This document shows, in pieces, positions 39,614 to 48,512 of a stretch of 64,000 nucleotides of DNA. The stretch comes from an uncultured delta proteobacterium (GTDB lineage: Bacteria > Desulfobacterota > Binatia > UBA9968), in NCBI GenBank assembly GCA_963727625.1, contig CAVSHR010000002.1, positions 320,001 to 384,000 on the forward strand, in the 5' to 3' direction. The notes beneath the pieces are model-generated. The model made no database searches. It saw only the letters and a list, made by a program, of their open reading frames with translations, and was not told where the DNA came from. Numbering within the stretch: position 1 is the first letter of the stretch; each line of letters opens with the position of its first letter. The translations under genes and the position numbers were made by a program.

Positions 39614-41188
39614 ATGAACCAACTGGACCGTCGCACCTTTTTAAAGGAATTAGGAATTTTGAGCGGCACTGCGCTCGGCTTGAGTGCTTTCGAGCCGCGC
39701 TGGGTTTACGCGGCTGGAGAGACGCTGCGCTACGGTGTCAATTCGCGAGATATTCGCCGGCTCGATCCCATGGCCGGGCCTAACTCCAATGACAAGACTG
39801 TGCTGGGGGCGATTTTCAACGGCTTGTTGCGGACGAAGCCAGGCGAGGTCAATGCCGAGCGGCTGCAGCCCGATCTGGCACTCAGTTGGGAGTCCTCAAA
39901 GGACCTCAAGACCTGGACTTTCAAGCTGCGCCAGGGCGTGGAGTTTCATCGCGGCTACGGCGAGTTCACTGCGGCCGACGTGGTGTTTTCTCTGGAGCGA
40001 GCCAAGGACAAAAAGACTAACGTGTATTACAAGAGCTACGCGCCTTTCGCCAAGATCGAAGCGTTGGACAAGTATACCTTGCGAGTTCATCTCAAGAGTC
40101 CGCAGACGGCGCTCTCTCTGTTGCCTACGGTGCTCGATTGGCAGGCCGGCATGGTGCTGAGCAAGAAGGCGGCCGAGAAACTCGGTGACAAGCTCAAAAC
40201 CACACCCATCGGGACCGGACCCTACGCGTTCAACGAGTATATTTCGCAGGAGCGGCTCGTCCTGGTGCGCAATGATAATTATTTTCGCGGCAAGCCGGGC
40301 TTTGAAAAAATTGAGTTCCGCATGCTGCCCGACCCGAGCAGCCGTACTCTGGCCTTCAAAGCGGGAGAGTTGGATGTCATGGACGTGGACCGCGAGCAGC
40401 GCGCCATCGATCAAGTGAAGGGCTCCGGGGTTGTCATCGAGTCGTTCGGACCGGCAAGCGTTCACGTGCTGCACATCGACCGCAACCGCAAGCCGTTGAA
40501 CGATCTCAGGGTGCGCCAAGCCATCGCCTATGCAATCAACCGCGACGACATCGTGCGGTTCATCGGCCAGGACGTCGCCGAGGCGCTCTATTCGGTCATC
40601 CCCGCGCAGTTCGTCGGCGGCCTCGACCCGGTGCCGGAAAAGCTCAAATATAACCATGACCCGGCGCGGGCCAAGAAGCTTCTGGCTGAAGCCGGTCTGC
40701 CGGACGGTTTTAGTATCGACCCGGTGTATATCAGCGAGCGGCCGCAGTTTCGTCGTCCCATGGAGATCATTCAAAACCAACTGGGTCAAGTCGGCATCAA
40801 AATCAATTTGAGCGTCATCGCTCATCCGGCGTGGCATACCAAGAACGACGAAGGCAGCAATCCGCTGGTGCTGCGCGCCGCTACCCGCTTCCCAACGGCG
40901 AATTTTATTCTCGAGGAGTTCTTCCTGGGCGGCGGCAAGCGCGATTTTTCCCATTTCTCCGCCGCCGATGCCGAGATTAAGCGTGCCCAGGCGGAAACCG
41001 ATCTTGAGATCCAAAAGAAACTCTGGCGCGAGGCGCAGATTAAGATTCTTGAGGACGTTGCGGCGGTCCCCACCCACATTCTCAATACGGTGGTTGCGCA
41101 CAAGGCCAAACTCGACTTGGGCTTCCCTAAGCTAGAGGCGTCGTTGAGCGGCGGCTTGCCGATCAAGTGGAATGCCCGACTGACCTAG
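39614..41188 (+). CDS. ABC transporter substrate-binding protein, family 5 (Dpp/Opp), Tat-exported
   Basis: DRRTFLK twin-arginine signal, PDLALSWE, TFKLRQGVEFH, PIGTGPY, RVRQAIAYAINR. Confidence 0.93.
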   Translation: MNQLDRRTFLKELGILSGTALGLSAFEPRWVYAAGETLRYGVNSRDIRRLDPMAGPNSNDKTVLGAIFNGLLRTKPGEVNAERLQPDLALSWESSKDLKTWTFKLRQGVEFHRGYGEFTAADVVFSLERAKDKKTNVYYKSYAPFAKIEALDKYTLRVHLKSPQTALSLLPTVLDWQAGMVLSKKAAEKLGDKLKTTPIGTGPYAFNEYISQERLVLVRNDNYFRGKPGFEKIEFRMLPDPSSRTLAFKAGELDVMDVDREQRAIDQVKGSGVVIESFGPASVHVLHIDRNRKPLNDLRVRQAIAYAINRDDIVRFIGQDVAEALYSVIPAQFVGGLDPVPEKLKYNHDPARAKKLLAEAGLPDGFSIDPVYISERPQFRRPMEIIQNQLGQVGIKINLSVIAHPAWHTKNDEGSNPLVLRAATRFPTANFILEEFFLGGGKRDFSHFSAADAEIKRAQAETDLEIQKKLWREAQIKILEDVAAVPTHILNTVVAHKAKLDLGFPKLEASLSGGLPIKWNARLT

Positions 41189-41240
41189 TGTGCAGGGTCA
41201 GTCATCGGGCTGAATTTCTGACAACGGGTGAAACCAGACC

Positions 41241-42183
41241 ATGCTGGCCTACTCTATCCGGCGCAGTCTGTGGGCGCTGCCCACGATGTTCGCGGTGTTG
41301 GTGTTCATCTTCGTGGTGATGCGGGTTTTGCCGGGCGATCCCGCCTACGCGATCCTCGGTGATGAAGCGCCGCCTGAAGCGCTCGACCAGTTTCGCCGCA
41401 ACTGGGGGCTCGACCGGCCCCTGCCGCAACAGTTTGCTATTTACATGAGCGGCTTGTTGACCGGCGACCTTGGGCTGTCGATGGCCAACCGCCAGCCGAT
41501 CTTGCCGCAGCTGCTGCGCGCCATGCCCTACACCTTGGACTTGACGATCGCCGGCTCGACCATCGGTTTGCTTTTAGGTATTCCCCTCGGCGTCTTTACG
41601 GCGCGCCATCGCAACAGCTCGGTTGACTATGTCGGCCGAATCGTCTCACTGGCAGGTCTGTCGGTGCCGTCGTTTTATCTGGGCATCCTGCTGATCTTTT
41701 TTCTGTCCTACAAGTATCAATGGTTTCCCGGTCATCGGCGGTGGCGATCTCAGCGATCCGTGGAGCCGATTGTATCACTTGATCCTGCCGGCCTTAAGCG
41801 TCGGCTTGTCGCAGACGGCGTACATCACGCGAATTACCCGGTCGTCATTTTTGGAGGTTGTCAATGCCGATTTCGTGCAGACGGCGCGAGCTAAGGGACT
41901 TAGCGAATGGCCGGTGATGTTCAAACACGCGCTGCGCAACGCGCTGGTGCCGGTCGTGTCGGTGGCCGGGATCTACGTGGGCATTTTGATCGGTAGCTCG
42001 ATCTTGGTGACGATTGTTTTCAACCGGCCCGGCCTCGGCAAATTGATGGTCGGCGCCATCAGCACCTACGACTACACGATGTTGCAATCGATCATGGCGT
42101 TCTACGCCGGCATCATCGTGATCGTAAATCTTTTGACCGACCTCGCCTACGGGCTGGTCGATCCGCGCATACGCTACAGTTGA
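41241..42183 (+). pseudogene. DppB-type ABC permease with a 1-nt frameshift near 41727-41730
   Basis: The N-half (to ..YQWFP) and C-half (VIGGGDLSDPWSRLYHLILPA..TARAKGL..HALRNAL..DPRIRY) are joined by TTTCCCGGTC with one extra base. Confidence 0.85.
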
Positions 42184-42193
42184 TGTTGATGGG

Positions 42194-43054
42194 ATGACAG
42201 TCATGGCTGAAACGGATCAACGACGAAATAGAATCGTTCGCGCCATCCGCAAAAATAAGACGACCATGACAGGGATCGTGCTGACGGTGTTGATCTTGCT
42301 GGTCGCGTTGTTCGGGCCCTGGCTCACGCCCTTCGATCCGTTGGAGCAGAACATCGCCCAGGGCGACCTGGCGCCTGGCGGCGAGCATTTTCTCGGCACG
42401 GACAATTTCGGCCGCGACGTGTTGTCGCGGATCATTCTCGGCACCCGAGTCTCTCTGGCTGTCTCGCTCTCGGCGGTGGGGCTTGCCATGGTCATCGGCG
42501 GTCTGTGGGGGATCGTTGCCGGTTACAAAGGCGGCAAAATCGACGCCCTGTCCATCCGATTCATCGACATGTTGATGACCTTTCCGACGATCATTCTGGG
42601 CCTGATGGTTCTGGCCGTTTTGGGCTCCGGCATGTTCAATCTGTCCATCGCGATCGCGGTGGCGATCACGCCACGCTTTGCCCGGATCGCGCGTGGCTCG
42701 GCGATCTCGCTCAAACAGCGTGATTTTATCCAGGCGGCCAGGGCATTGGGTATGAGCGATCTGCGCGTCATCTTGTTTCACATCGTGCCGAACATCGCCA
42801 ACGAGATTCTCGTCGTGGGCACGCTCTGGAGTGCCACCGCGATCTTGCAGGAAGCCAACCTGAGCTTCATCGGTCTAGGCGTCAGGCCTCCCATGCCAAG
42901 CTGGGGCGGCATGATTCGCGATGGTGTTAACCAGCTACTCTTCCAACCCTGGCTCTCGCTGGCGCCCGGCATCGCCATCTTCATCGTCGTCCTCGCCTTT
43001 AACATGATCGGCGACGGCCTGCGCGACGTCCTCGATCCGCGCACCGTGGAGTGA
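42194..43054 (+). CDS. DppC-type ABC permease
   Basis: HFLGTDNFGRDVLSR, AARALG, LSFIGLG, GDGLRDVLDPR. Confidence 0.93.
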   Translation: MTVMAETDQRRNRIVRAIRKNKTTMTGIVLTVLILLVALFGPWLTPFDPLEQNIAQGDLAPGGEHFLGTDNFGRDVLSRIILGTRVSLAVSLSAVGLAMVIGGLWGIVAGYKGGKIDALSIRFIDMLMTFPTIILGLMVLAVLGSGMFNLSIAIAVAITPRFARIARGSAISLKQRDFIQAARALGMSDLRVILFHIVPNIANEILVVGTLWSATAILQEANLSFIGLGVRPPMPSWGGMIRDGVNQLLFQPWLSLAPGIAIFIVVLAFNMIGDGLRDVLDPRTVE

Positions 43055-43161
43055 AGCGAAGGCTTTCGCCGGCCTCCAGACTGCCTTGCGACAGGTCCAG
43101 CGGCAAACACCCGTCGCCCGCGATTGACATAAATACGCGCCGTCGGCTACGCTTCTGCGCC

Positions 43162-44625
43162 ATGCGAATATTAATTCAGAACGCGCACGTCGTGACCATG
43201 AACGAGCGCAACGAGGTCATCGACAAGGGCACCATCGCCATCGATGGCAAACGCATCGTTTACGTCGGCCCCACCGAATGGACGCCGGCAGGGCCATTCG
43301 ACCGGACAATCGACGCCGATCGATTGATCGCTATGCCCGGCATGGTTAATGGGCACTGCCATTCGCCGGCGAATCTGGTGCGCGGCATGCTGCCGAGTAA
43401 ACCGCTGGAAATCTGGCGTGCCTACTACCGGGCGTCGCTGCGCGGCATGCGCGACGAAGACTTTTACGCCAGCGCGCTGCTTGGCGGCCTGGAGATGCTC
43501 AAGAACGGCGCCACCACGGTGCTCGATCACTTCGCCGGCAACCCGGCCTGCCGCTTCATGGGCGCGGGCGCGGCGATCCAGGCGATGCGCGATCTCGGCC
43601 TGCGTCACGTAGCCTCGCTGACGATCACCGACAAAAACTACGAAGATACAATTCCACTCGGCACCACCGATTCGGGTCTGAACGAGGAGATCAAGCGCAT
43701 GAGCGCGAACGAGGCCAAGTCCGCCCATGAGTGGCTCGACGAATGCGAGGCTTTTATCGAAGCTTTCCATGCGCCGGAAAAGCTCACTACAACCTGTCCC
43801 GGGCCGTCCGCGGTGCAGCGCTGCAGCGACGAGCTGCTGACCCAGTCGGCGGCGCTGGCGCGGCGAAAAAATTTGCCCATGCACATTCATCTCGCTGAGA
43901 CCAGGGCGCAGGCCGTGATGGGGCGGCAGCTTTACGGGACGTCGCTGCTCAGGCATTTAGACGCCATCGGCGCCGTGAGCGGCAATCTCTCGCTGGCGCA
44001 CTCGATCTGGATCGACGACGATGACGTCGAACTTTTCGCGGAACGGGGCGCCACGCCAGTGCACAATCCGGCGAGCAATTTGCGCATCGGCAGTGGCTTG
44101 GCGCCGCTCAAACGGTTTCTCGCCGCCGGGGTCAATGTCGGCTTGGGCACCGACGGCTCGGCTTCCAACGATGGACAAAATATGTTCGACGCGCTGCGCC
44201 TAGCAGCTTTGATCCACAACCAGGCGGGGAGCGACTTCAAACATTGGGTGTCACCGGTCCAGGCGCTCGCCATGGCGACGCGCAACGGCGCGCGCGCCTT
44301 CGGCATCGACGCCGGTGTGCTAGCGTCGGGCAAGCTCGCCGATCTAATCCTGTTGCGGCGGGATACTCCTGCGTTCACGCCGCTCAACGACGTGATCGCC
44401 CAGATGGTCTATTGCGAAAACGGCAGCGGCGTCGACAGCGTGATCGTCGACGGCGAGATCGTCGTCGACGGGGGTCGCACCACCAAGGTCGATGAAGCGG
44501 AAGTTTTCAGGCTCGCGGTTCAGGCGCGCAGCCGGCTCGAGCCGTCGATTCAACGCGAACTGGCCGCTGCGCGGACGATGGAGCCGAGCTTGGCGGAAAT
44601 GTATTTTCGGGTATTTGCTAAGTGA
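43162..44625 (+). CDS. Amidohydrolase family deaminase/chlorohydrolase (MTA/SAH deaminase-AtzA-like)
   Basis: PGMVNGHCH, HIHLAET, LAHSIW, HNPASN, GTDG. ATG 43162 follows TTGACA-N18-TACGCT. Confidence 0.9.
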   Translation: MRILIQNAHVVTMNERNEVIDKGTIAIDGKRIVYVGPTEWTPAGPFDRTIDADRLIAMPGMVNGHCHSPANLVRGMLPSKPLEIWRAYYRASLRGMRDEDFYASALLGGLEMLKNGATTVLDHFAGNPACRFMGAGAAIQAMRDLGLRHVASLTITDKNYEDTIPLGTTDSGLNEEIKRMSANEAKSAHEWLDECEAFIEAFHAPEKLTTTCPGPSAVQRCSDELLTQSAALARRKNLPMHIHLAETRAQAVMGRQLYGTSLLRHLDAIGAVSGNLSLAHSIWIDDDDVELFAERGATPVHNPASNLRIGSGLAPLKRFLAAGVNVGLGTDGSASNDGQNMFDALRLAALIHNQAGSDFKHWVSPVQALAMATRNGARAFGIDAGVLASGKLADLILLRRDTPAFTPLNDVIAQMVYCENGSGVDSVIVDGEIVVDGGRTTKVDEAEVFRLAVQARSRLEPSIQRELAAARTMEPSLAEMYFRVFAK

Positions 44626-44672
44626 AGGAGTTTATACTTCTCGGATGGCCATTAAGCCAGGTCGGATCGGTC

Positions 44673-44963
44673 TCAGTGCAATTTCTGGCCGTCACCCGAA
44701 TGACGTAACCTTGTGGCATTATCCTCATGGCAAAGTTCGGGGCTGTCATAACCGCGAACTACGGCGTCATGGAGATGAAATTCACAAACGCCAGCGTGGT
44801 CGAATTCTAAACAACTTATTTGTTCCGAACTCGGTCGCTTCCGGGCGCTCCTGATGGCGCTACCAAAAAGCAGCGCCATCAGGGCGCAGCCCATGGAGGA
44901 GGCGATAATCGTCCCCATCACTAGAATCGTTTGAGGCATTTGTAAGTTCTCGGTAACTCTCAT
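44673..44963 (-). CDS. Possible small membrane protein
   Basis: One hydrophobic segment. TTGACC-N18-TATAGG lies just upstream. No recognisable family. Confidence 0.3.
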   Translation of the reverse strand: MRVTENLQMPQTILVMGTIIASSMGCALMALLFGSAIRSARKRPSSEQISCLEFDHAGVCEFHLHDAVVRGYDSPELCHEDNATRLRHSGDGQKLH

Positions 44964-45150
44964 CCCGCCCTATATCCCAAGCGCGGAGTGACGGTCAAGC
45001 GCAACGTCAAGAAAATCTCGGTGGATGGCTCGCCTGCATTTACAACGGCACTCCATGAGTGTGTGCCCGTAATTCGGCGGATGCGACCGTCGGCCAGCGT
45101 AACCGCGACGGCGCGGCCGGCCCGGAAAACGCTAACCCCAAATCCTTTAG

Positions 45151-46554
45151 TTAAAGCGGCGGTCTTTGCTTATGCCAATCGGTTGCCTGCTCGTAGGCGT
45201 AGGCGGTGCGAAAGGCCATAGCTTCTTCAAAAGGTGGTGCAACGATTTGCAACCCGGCCGGCAATTTATCCGGCGTGAAGCCGCACGGGACACAGATGAC
45301 GGGCAAACCGGAAAGATTGAATGGATTGGTGAAGCTCGGCCGAAGATTTTGCTCGTTGGAGTTCACGGCGGTAAAGGCTTCGGCCGGGCGCGGCGCGCCG
45401 GGCACGGCGAAAACATCGACACGGAAAAAGTTGGCGCGGATCTTCTCGTTCAAAACCGCGCGGGCGCGCTGCGCAGCGAGATAATCCGCGGCGCTCAAGA
45501 ATGCCCCTTCGAGCAGGCGCCGCCTGACCGAGCTGCCGAATTTCATCGGAGTCGCTTGTAAGTTTTTCTCATGGTACGCGTATCCCTCGCACACGAGGAT
45601 CGTCTGATTGGCCTTGCGCGCCAGGGAAAACGGCCTGCCGTCGAGGTCGGTAATCGTCGCGCCGAGGCTTTTCAAGACTTCGAGGGCCGCGTTGAAGACG
45701 GTCTCGGTGGCGGGATCGATTCCAAGGTTTTCATCGAACCAACCGGCGCGCGGCACGCCGATATGCAGCCCTTTGATTCCGATTTTCATATCGGCTTGAA
45801 AATCCGGCATGGGCAGGTTGGCCGACGCCGGGTCTTTAGCGTCGTAGCCGGCGATCGCCTGAAGCAAGATGGCGCAGTCTTCGACGCAACGCGCCATCGG
45901 GCCGGCGTGATCGAGGGACCAGCTGAGCGGGACGACGCCATAGCGGCTCACCCGCCCGTAGTTCGGTTTGATGCCGACGATGCCGCAGTGTGATGACGGT
46001 GTTCGAATCGATCCGCCAGTATCCGAGCCAAGTGCGCCGAAGCACAGGCCAGCGGCAAGCGCCGCGCCGGAGCCGCTGCTCGAGCCGCCGGGGATATGGT
46101 CGGTGTTCCACGGATTTCTTACCGCGGGGAATGGCGCATCCACCGACGGCCCGCCGAACGCGAATTCGTGCATGCCGAGCTTGCCGAGCAGGATTGTGCC
46201 GGCCTCGCGGAGCTTGGTGGCGGTTGTGGCGTCGTAATCCGGAAACCAGTTCTCCAGCACCGCCGAATGACAGGTGGTGCGGATGCCCTTGGTCGCGTAG
46301 AGATCTTTGAGCGCGATCGGCATGCCATGCAGTGGCCCTCGGTCCTTGCCGGTTTGCAGTTCCTTTTCCGCCTGGCGCGCCTGCTGCAAAGCGAGATCGG
46401 CGGTGAGCGTGATGAAGCAATGAAGCTTGCCGTCGATCGCTTCGATACGGCGCAGCAACGCTTCGGTAAGCTCCACCGGCGTGAACTCCTTGCGGCGCAA
46501 CGCCGCGGCGATTTCGCTGATCTTTAAATAACAAAGCGCGTTGGGCTGCATCAT
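45151..46554 (-). CDS. Amidase signature enzyme (AtzE/GatA-like)
   Basis: PIALKD, GGSSSGS, GSDTGGSIRTP (Lys-cisSer-Ser triad). Confidence 0.92.
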   Translation of the reverse strand: MMQPNALCYLKISEIAAALRRKEFTPVELTEALLRRIEAIDGKLHCFITLTADLALQQARQAEKELQTGKDRGPLHGMPIALKDLYATKGIRTTCHSAVLENWFPDYDATTATKLREAGTILLGKLGMHEFAFGGPSVDAPFPAVRNPWNTDHIPGGSSSGSGAALAAGLCFGALGSDTGGSIRTPSSHCGIVGIKPNYGRVSRYGVVPLSWSLDHAGPMARCVEDCAILLQAIAGYDAKDPASANLPMPDFQADMKIGIKGLHIGVPRAGWFDENLGIDPATETVFNAALEVLKSLGATITDLDGRPFSLARKANQTILVCEGYAYHEKNLQATPMKFGSSVRRRLLEGAFLSAADYLAAQRARAVLNEKIRANFFRVDVFAVPGAPRPAEAFTAVNSNEQNLRPSFTNPFNLSGLPVICVPCGFTPDKLPAGLQIVAPPFEEAMAFRTAYAYEQATDWHKQRPPL

Positions 46555-46557
46555 TCG

Positions 46558-46755
46558 TTATTTCCTGCGATTGGCGGAAGCGTCGAAGGTTCCGGCGAGT
46601 TCATCATCGGGGCCAACCAACTCGCGCAGCTCGGAGGCTTGCTTGCGGGCTCGGTTGACGCCGGGGAGCAGCCGGTGCAGCTCATCGTCGACTAACCTGA
46701 GTCCGGCCTGTGCCGCGATGATCTGCAAATTTTCCAATGTTAGCTCGTCGGCCAT
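46558..46755 (-). CDS. Small AtzG/GatC-like amidase partner
   Basis: 65 aa, AAQAGLRL..EL..L...ELAGTF pattern, 3 nt upstream of the amidase, GAGG SD. Confidence 0.7.
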   Translation of the reverse strand: MADELTLENLQIIAAQAGLRLVDDELHRLLPGVNRARKQASELRELVGPDDELAGTFDASANRRK

Positions 46756-47231
46756 ATTTGTCCTCGACCGCTCCTCTATTACGCATCAAGATGATGCAAG
46801 CAACTCTGCTTTTAATTCGACGGGATACTCATTGTCAATTAATGGAAGGAGCAGCCAGCCATACTCGCGATGGGCGTTGGTTTTCTTTACGGACAATTAC
46901 CGGCCCGTAGCATCCTACCGAGTTCATTCGAGTTCTGTCACGTTTAGGTGCTTCTGGGTCCAAGGGTGGGTGGCTGCCAATTTCAGCAGCTCTCGTCGGC
47001 GTCGTTTGAATCGGCGCTTACGCAGCAATCTATCCTACCGGGTTGTCGAACACCCGGTTGCTTGTTTCTCACTGTCAGCGTGCTCGGGCTTCGCCGAAAT
47101 AGGCTAGTCCAAGACCTTCAACCCTAGCTTGGTCTGCGTTTTAACCCTCGCAGGTTATCGCCTATGAAGGCAAACCTTTGACGCCCAGCGCGAACGGCGC
47201 GAAATTCCCGTGGATTTTTCGGCTGGTGTTT

Positions 47232-48440
47232 CTAGCGCAGATTTCCTGTATGTCCTAACGAGTATCTTCCCGGTTGCGGCCAGACCGTGAGGCCATGGGG
47301 TTCGGACTTGTCCGGAATTTTCTTGACGGCGCCTGAATTCGTATCGATGACGTAAACCACGTTGTCGTAGCGGCCTGAAAGCCAAAGCTGTTTGCCATCG
47401 ATGCTCACATTCCCCATGTCGGGACTGCCGCCGCCGGGAATGGGCCAAGTCGTGGTGACCTTGCGTGTGGCAAAATCAATGACCGAGATGCTGCCCTTGC
47501 CTTTGGGCGGACCATAAACGCGGGCGACGCCGCGGTTGGCGACATAAAGCTTGGTGCCGTCGCGGCTGGGGTACAAACCGTGGGTGCCGATACCGGTTTT
47601 GATGTGGCCGATCTCGGTAAATTTCTCGCCGTCGACAATAAAAACCCCGGCTGCTTTCATATCGGCGACGTAGAACACTTTGCCGTCAGGCGAGATGCGC
47701 ACGTCTTGCGGCATTCCGCCTTTGGAAAATTTCAAATACCCGACCACTTTGCGCTCGACCATGTCGATTTTGGCAACCGTGCCGCCATATTCGCAAGTGA
47801 AAATGGCGTAACGGCCGTCGATGGAAAAATCAGCGTGATTGATTCCCGGACAGTTCGGCGTGTTGATGGAGTACTTGAGAGCCATGGTGTGCGGGTCGCG
47901 GAAATCGAGCCGTTTGTGAGCTTCAGCAACGACAATGGCGGCGCTGCCGTCCGGAGTGAAATACATATTGTACGGGTCGTCGACGGGGATGTTTTTGCCC
48001 GGCTTGCCGGTGAGCGGATCGATGGGCGTGACGCTGCCATCGGTGCGGCCTTCGGCGTTGTTGTTGACCCAGAGGGTTTTTAAATCCCAGGACGGGACGA
48101 CATGCTGCGGATGAATCCCGACTTTATATTTGTCGACGACCTTTAACGTTGCCGGATCGATGACCCAGACATCGTTGGAGCTGCGATTGGGCACGTAGAC
48201 GCGGTGCAGGTGTTTGGCGACCGTCGGGCTCAAATTGTCCGGCCGGGTTTCGCTATAGAGATTGTTGGGATTGATGACCGGCGGCATGCCGGGGACGGTT
48301 TGAATCGTTCGCTGCGGCGACTCCGCGGCGGGCCCCGGCAACGGCAAACCAAACAGCGCCGCGAGCAGAAAAGCCGCAACCGCTGGGACAAGAGCCCGAC
48401 GATGCCTCATGAACTTCACCTCCAACAGGACAATAGCCAT
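47232..48440 (-). CDS. Exported YncE/YVTN-type beta-propeller protein
   Basis: Signal peptide (probable start MRHRR at 48410), repeated YV.N, TPDG and SPDG blades. Confidence 0.88.
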   Translation of the reverse strand: MAIVLLEVKFMRHRRALVPAVAAFLLAALFGLPLPGPAAESPQRTIQTVPGMPPVINPNNLYSETRPDNLSPTVAKHLHRVYVPNRSSNDVWVIDPATLKVVDKYKVGIHPQHVVPSWDLKTLWVNNNAEGRTDGSVTPIDPLTGKPGKNIPVDDPYNMYFTPDGSAAIVVAEAHKRLDFRDPHTMALKYSINTPNCPGINHADFSIDGRYAIFTCEYGGTVAKIDMVERKVVGYLKFSKGGMPQDVRISPDGKVFYVADMKAAGVFIVDGEKFTEIGHIKTGIGTHGLYPSRDGTKLYVANRGVARVYGPPKGKGSISVIDFATRKVTTTWPIPGGGSPDMGNVSIDGKQLWLSGRYDNVVYVIDTNSGAVKKIPDKSEPHGLTVWPQPGRYSLGHTGNLR

Positions 48441-48512
48441 CGGTCGAACCGCATGTTTCGACCGATGGTCAGATGTTAGACGAAATAATATCGGAATTCG
48501 AGGATAGCGGAA

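Noticed and set aside
45151-46755. gatA/gatC
   Set aside because: No gatB, the small protein is shorter than typical GatC, and the amidase has GMHEFAFGG rather than the GatA NMDEFAMG.
46844-46860. SRP RNA (GGAAGGAGCAGCC)
   Set aside because: Lacks the preceding CAGG half of helix 8 and the enclosing long stem.
47165-47200. Second GEMM riboswitch (AAGGCAAACC)
   Set aside because: No GNRA-capped P2 or GACGCAAAGC continuation.
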